Source: an uncultured Chloroflexia bacterium (GTDB lineage Bacteria > Chloroflexota > Limnocylindria > Limnocylindrales > CSP1-4). Taken from it: a DNA stretch of 64,000 bases. Every line of letters starts with the position of its first letter. The first letter of the stretch is position 1. Shown piece after piece: positions 59,789 through 64,000 of this stretch. Below the pieces are notes generated by a model, which was given only the letters and a program-made list of their open reading frames with translations, was not told where the DNA came from and searched no databases. The stretch covers positions 656,467 through 720,466 of the forward strand of contig CAVXPZ010000004.1 of assembly GCA_963763775.1 (NCBI GenBank), in the 5' to 3' direction. The translations under genes and the position numbers were made by a program.

Positions 59789-61927
59789 TCACGCCTCATG
59801 CTGGCTCCGGGCCGTCGTCGCGACCACCTCCGCTGGCACAGGGCCATCGCCCAGGACCAGGAGTGCGGTCCGCCACGTCGTCGCGAACACGCCGATGAAC
59901 GGCACGACCAGGAACATCCCGGCGATCCCCGCCAGCGCCGCGCCCGCCGGGATCGCGAGCAGGATGATGGCCGGATGGATGTTGACCGCGCGGCCGTAGA
60001 CGATGGGCGCCACGAAGTTGCCCTGCACCACGTTGAAGACGATGGTGTAGACGCCCATGATCGCGGCGTCCTGCGGAGTCCCGAGGGCCAGCGTCACGAA
60101 GAACGCCAGCAGCGTGGTGAGGATGCTGCCGATGTATGGGATGAATCCGCCGAAGAAGGACAGCACCGCGAGGGGCAGCGCGAGCGGGATCCCGAGGATC
60201 GTCATGATCGCGAACTGCGTGACCGCCCCGAAGAGGGAGATCGCTCCGGTCCCGATCATGTAACCGCCCAGGACCCCGACCGCTCGACCCCCAGCAGCCT
60301 CCACCTCGCTCCGGCGCCACAGGGCGAGCCGGGACGTCGCGAACGACCAGAACCTCGGGCCGTCACGCATGAAGTCGAACATCAGCAGGACGCCGATGAC
60401 GCACACGACCGCCAGCCCGACGGATCCCGCCACGACCGCCCGGGCAGCCTGCCCGAGGAAGTCGGAAGAGCTGGACACGAGCGGCTGCAGCCAGGCCAGG
60501 ACCTGGGGGTTCGAGGCGACCACCTGCCCGGCGCCGGCGCTGGCGGCCTGGACGATCGGGCTCATCTGGGTCGCCAGGCTCACGACGGTGAGGACGACGA
60601 CGACCGTGGTGATGACGATCGACGCGACGGTCACCGTTCCGGCCGCGCTCGTCGGGCTCCAGCCCCTGGCCCGGAGCAGACGGTAGATCGGCAAGAGCGT
60701 GGCCGCGAGGATGATCGCGAGGGTGACCGGGATGAGGACGATCGGGACCTGGACCGCGAGAAGGACCAGCACGCCCAGGAACGCGAGCCCGATCAGGCAT
60801 CTCCAGCTCCATTGCGCGAGGCGGTCCAGCCACAAAGGCACGATCGAGTTCGACTCTCCGCCAACACCCGTCACGTCCATGCCGATGACGTCGATGAGGG
60901 AACCAGCGACGGCGTACCCGAAGGCGACGACCGGGACGGCCAGGAACAGGCCCACGAACCCGGCCATCGCCGCCCCGATCGGGAGGGCGATGAGCACCGC
61001 GGGCCGCGGCATCCGGACCGCTCCCCGGAAGACCTTCGGGGCGATGACGGAGGTCTGGAGGACATGGACCAGGATGACCCCGACGAAGATGACGCCGGCG
61101 GCGGCGAGGCCGCCTGAGGCGTAGGTCACGACGAGCAGGACGGTCATCAGCAAGAGGCCGCCGAGATACGGGATGAAGCCCGTGATGAACGCCAGGATCG
61201 AAAGGGCGAGGGCAGCGGGAACGCCCAGCGCCGACAGGAAGATGAAGACGGTCACAGCATCGATGGCCGCCTGCGTCGCGGTCCCACGAAGCCAGACCCC
61301 GACTCCGTTCAGTGCCTTGTCACCGCTCGACATGATCACTTCACGCCGGCGATCGCCCGTCGCCTGGAGCGCCCAGACCCAGGCCTTGTCGCCGTCCTGG
61401 AGGAGGAAGAAGGTCAGGATGCTCCCGAGGATCGTCACGGTCACGGCGGTCGCCAGCCAGGACGCGACACTCGCGAGCTGGCCGCCGATCCACGCCTCCG
61501 CGTTCGATCGAGCCTGGCCGAGGGCGTCGCCCAGCTGACCGCTTTGGCCGCTTGCATTCGCGTCCGCCTGGAGTCTGACCAACCCTGATTGGATCGCCTG
61601 GACGATCCCTGGAACGAGCGGTACGACCGCGACCGCGAGGAGGATGACCATCAGGCCGATCGCGAGGATCGCAAGGAGGGTCACGGCGCCCGCCGTCTTT
61701 GTTCGGGACCAGCCACGGCTCCGCAAGCGCGTCGCAACCGGCGCGAACACGACGGCGACGATCAGTGCGAAAACGATCGAGGCGACCACTGTTCCAAGGA
61801 TCACGGCAAGTCCGGCGAGGACGGCGATCAATGCGAACACGGCCAGGACGCGCCAGCCGATCGCGGCCGCATTGCTGAGCCAGGTCGGGATGAAAGGCGC
61901 AGGAGTCTTCGGTACGGTGTCGATCAT
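59789..61927 (-). CDS. AI-2E (UPF0118) family transporter, internally duplicated
   Basis: Two repeats each with P-W, RGW, FFL/FM-DG, FIPY(L/I)G, G-FL-VP. Confidence 0.85.
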   Translation of the reverse strand: MIDTVPKTPAPFIPTWLSNAAAIGWRVLAVFALIAVLAGLAVILGTVVASIVFALIVAVVFAPVATRLRSRGWSRTKTAGAVTLLAILAIGLMVILLAVAVVPLVPGIVQAIQSGLVRLQADANASGQSGQLGDALGQARSNAEAWIGGQLASVASWLATAVTVTILGSILTFFLLQDGDKAWVWALQATGDRRREVIMSSGDKALNGVGVWLRGTATQAAIDAVTVFIFLSALGVPAALALSILAFITGFIPYLGGLLLMTVLLVVTYASGGLAAAGVIFVGVILVHVLQTSVIAPKVFRGAVRMPRPAVLIALPIGAAMAGFVGLFLAVPVVAFGYAVAGSLIDVIGMDVTGVGGESNSIVPLWLDRLAQWSWRCLIGLAFLGVLVLLAVQVPIVLIPVTLAIILAATLLPIYRLLRARGWSPTSAAGTVTVASIVITTVVVVLTVVSLATQMSPIVQAASAGAGQVVASNPQVLAWLQPLVSSSSDFLGQAARAVVAGSVGLAVVCVIGVLLMFDFMRDGPRFWSFATSRLALWRRSEVEAAGGRAVGVLGGYMIGTGAISLFGAVTQFAIMTILGIPLALPLAVLSFFGGFIPYIGSILTTLLAFFVTLALGTPQDAAIMGVYTIVFNVVQGNFVAPIVYGRAVNIHPAIILLAIPAGAALAGIAGMFLVVPFIGVFATTWRTALLVLGDGPVPAEVVATTARSQHEA

Positions 61928-62048
61928 TCGCCGATGGTCCGTTTCGATCTCGCCGTCGTCGGCCCGTGGAGGATGGCCTCCGGGAAGGCAGGGATCCGCG
62001 CGCCCGTCGACATCTCGGCCTCGATCGGCTGGGTCGTTGTGGCGCCCA

Positions 62049-63179
62049 TCAGTGGGCGGCCGCCTTGAGCTCTGCGGTGGTCGGCAGCATCGACTTGCCC
62101 CGCCGGGCCAGCTTGAGCAGGATCCAGGCGAGCGGGATCGGCAGGAACCAGTAGTACAGCCGATACAGGAAGACGCCGGCCGTGATCGCGGCGGTGTATT
62201 GCTCGCCCGCGATGGCCGTGAAGGCTGAGATGAAGAGCAGTTCCGGCACCCCGGCGCCACCGGGCGAGAGCGGGATGATCGTGATGGCCATCACGAGGGC
62301 ATAGACGCCGAAGATGATGCCCGGGCTCAGGACGTCGGCTGGCACCCCGCACATCCGGAGCGCGACGATGAGGACGATCGTCCACACGAACTGGGAGGCG
62401 ACCGACGTGCCGAGCGCCACCAGACCGCGCTGGCGGATGACGACACCCAGCTGGTCGCGGAACCGATGGATCGCACCGTCGACGTCGGGTGCGCCCTTGC
62501 GCCCGAGCCGCGCCATCAGCCAGGACACCATGCGCTGTCCCGTCCGACCCAGCCAGGCGGCGATCCGTTCCGAACGGACGACGGCGATGATCAGGCCGAC
62601 GGCGACGATGAATACGACGGCGCTGATGATCGCGATCGTCCACGCCGTGCCCGCGTTGGCACTTCCGGCCAGGTCGCCGGTGATCGCGAGGGTGATGATC
62701 GCGAAGAGGGGCAGGAACAGGCGGCTCAATTCGTGGACCACGCCATACAGGGCGATGCCCGAGGTGGCCGGGATGTTCGGGATGCCCCAGCCGCGCAGGA
62801 CCACCCAGAGGACGCCCATGTTCCACGGGCCGAACGGGACGCTCGCGCCGATCCCCGAGAGGATCAGCCACGACGTGGGTCCACGGGGCACGGATAACCC
62901 GGGGATCAACGCGCAGATGACGAGACCACTGACGAGCCAACCAGCCGCGCCCAGAGCTGTGATGACCACCATCTGCTGCGCCGACAGGGCCTTGAACGCC
63001 GCGAAGACCTCGCTGTAGTTCACACCGGTCGCCGGCAGGATGATCACGAAGACGATGAAGAGGACGGCGACGATCAGGCCGGAGCGCATGAGCGCCGCAC
63101 GGCGACTCGGCGGCGCAGCGGCAGATGCCGGGTCCGTCCCCGGGGTCGCATCGGGCGCGGGCGTGTCGGGACCGCTCAT
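62049..63179 (-). CDS. Lysylphosphatidylglycerol synthase TM-domain (YbhN/flippase-like) protein
   Basis: Multi-TM; IPLSPGGAGVPE, AGVFLYRLYYWFLPIPL. Confidence 0.8.
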   Translation of the reverse strand: MSGPDTPAPDATPGTDPASAAAPPSRRAALMRSGLIVAVLFIVFVIILPATGVNYSEVFAAFKALSAQQMVVITALGAAGWLVSGLVICALIPGLSVPRGPTSWLILSGIGASVPFGPWNMGVLWVVLRGWGIPNIPATSGIALYGVVHELSRLFLPLFAIITLAITGDLAGSANAGTAWTIAIISAVVFIVAVGLIIAVVRSERIAAWLGRTGQRMVSWLMARLGRKGAPDVDGAIHRFRDQLGVVIRQRGLVALGTSVASQFVWTIVLIVALRMCGVPADVLSPGIIFGVYALVMAITIIPLSPGGAGVPELLFISAFTAIAGEQYTAAITAGVFLYRLYYWFLPIPLAWILLKLARRGKSMLPTTAELKAAAH

Positions 63180-63250
63180 CGGCTCCGCTCCGGCGTCGTC
63201 ACCGTCGCCATCTCCGCCTGCGGATCGAGATCGCTGGTCCACACGGTCAT
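63176..63250 (-). CDS. Possible 24-aa small ORF
   Basis: GAGGAG RBS, MTVWTSDLDPQAEMATVTTPERSR, stop overlaps next ATG (ATGA). Confidence 0.35.
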   Translation of the reverse strand: MTVWTSDLDPQAEMATVTTPERSR

Positions 63251-63332
63251 ACGACTCCTCGCACCGACGCGATCATTCGCTGGGCAGGCCCGGGAGGTCA
63301 CGGACGCGACGTCTCTTCGGCCAACTGCTGCC

Positions 63333-64000
63333 CTAGGCAGCGGCTGGCGCGACGGCGACGAGCGCCGGCTCGCTGCTCGTGCCGACCTTGAGAAGCTTCT
63401 TCCCCTCCTCGACCACGATCAGCGTCAGTGCAACGCCGATGCAGACGAGCCACTGCTCGCCGGTGAGGTTGGTCATCTGGAGCACGTTCTGGAGGATGTG
63501 GAGCTCGGTCGCCAGGATGATCGTGAGGATCGAGAGCCCCGTCGCCTTGAGCAGCGCCGCGTTGCCGAGGATGTAGCCCGTGAAGACCGACCGGGTCTCG
63601 TCGGCCGTCTCTAGGGATGACGCGATGCGGAAGAGCGAGAAGGTGGTGACGCCCATGGTGCGCGCGACGACGTCGCCGTACGTGCCGCTCGCCCAGGCGA
63701 TGACGCCGAGCGTGCCGATGCCCATCACAAGCCCGACGACCACGAGCCAGATGGTGAGCCGGCGCGGCAGGATCGGCTGATCCTTCGGCCGCGGCCGCTC
63801 GTTCATGAGGCCATCTCTCGGCTTCCCGAAGCCGAGACCCATCGCCTGGAAGACGTTGACCGTGAAGTTGAGCCACATGGTCTGGAGCGGCAGGAACGGC
63901 ACGCCGCCCAGGATGTTGAGGAGCGACGAGCCCAGGAACACCGTGATGTAGCCGTAGCAGGCCGCCATCTGGAAGCGGATGAAGCGCACGAGGTTGTCAT
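63333..64000 (-). CDS. P-type ATPase paralogue, C-terminal membrane domain (5' part beyond window)
   Basis: DNLVRFIRFQMA, PFLPLQTMWLNFTVNVFQ, LMNERPR, ARTMGVTTFSLFRI; closely resembles 15902-18673. Confidence 0.9.
   Translation of the reverse strand, partial: DNLVRFIRFQMAACYGYITVFLGSSLLNILGGVPFLPLQTMWLNFTVNVFQAMGLGFGKPRDGLMNERPRPKDQPILPRRLTIWLVVVGLVMGIGTLGVIAWASGTYGDVVARTMGVTTFSLFRIASSLETADETRSVFTGYILGNAALLKATGLSILTIILATELHILQNVLQMTNLTGEQWLVCIGVALTLIVVEEGKKLLKVGTSSEPALVAVAPAAA

Noticed and set aside
63333-64000. Assembly duplication of the ATPase at 15902-16600
   Set aside because: Many synonymous and amino-acid differences and different flanks; a true paralogue
1-64000. Mobile elements, prophage, tRNA or rRNA
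   Set aside because: No transposase, integrase or phage motifs, terminal repeats or structured RNA signatures recognised

Overview
Very GC-rich, gene-dense bacterial window. The gene families, Pro/Thr-rich lipoproteins and many leaderless TANNNT promoters suggest a soil Chloroflexota (Limnocylindria-like) or actinobacterial genome (inference). About 60 CDS are present; no rRNA, tRNA, CRISPR array, transposase or integrase is recognisable. Around 15 otherwise intact genes carry single-base frameshifts, most likely long-read assembly indels. Content in order: AhcY-like hydrolase and betA; MarR plus heterodimeric ABC exporter; two META lipoproteins; ClC; a DoxD-Rieske fusion; PPK2 with a P-type ATPase and DUF6325; large LuxR/STAND regulators; two sugar ABC clusters; many one-component regulators with visible operators; three class III cyclase-fold genes; an ECF sigma module; and a membrane-transport cluster ending in a second P-type ATPase paralogue. 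Best candidate for an undescribed system: two P2-like ATPases that lack the acidic cation-binding residues (M4 PTALP in the complete copy; M6 NFTVN and an M8 Arg in both). One is translationally coupled to PPK2 and the other sits with TMEM175, AI-2E, MFS and flippase-like genes. The two loci share a TCAYCC-N5-GGRYGA-like palindrome, and a 17-aa-repeat basic microprotein lies next to the first locus.
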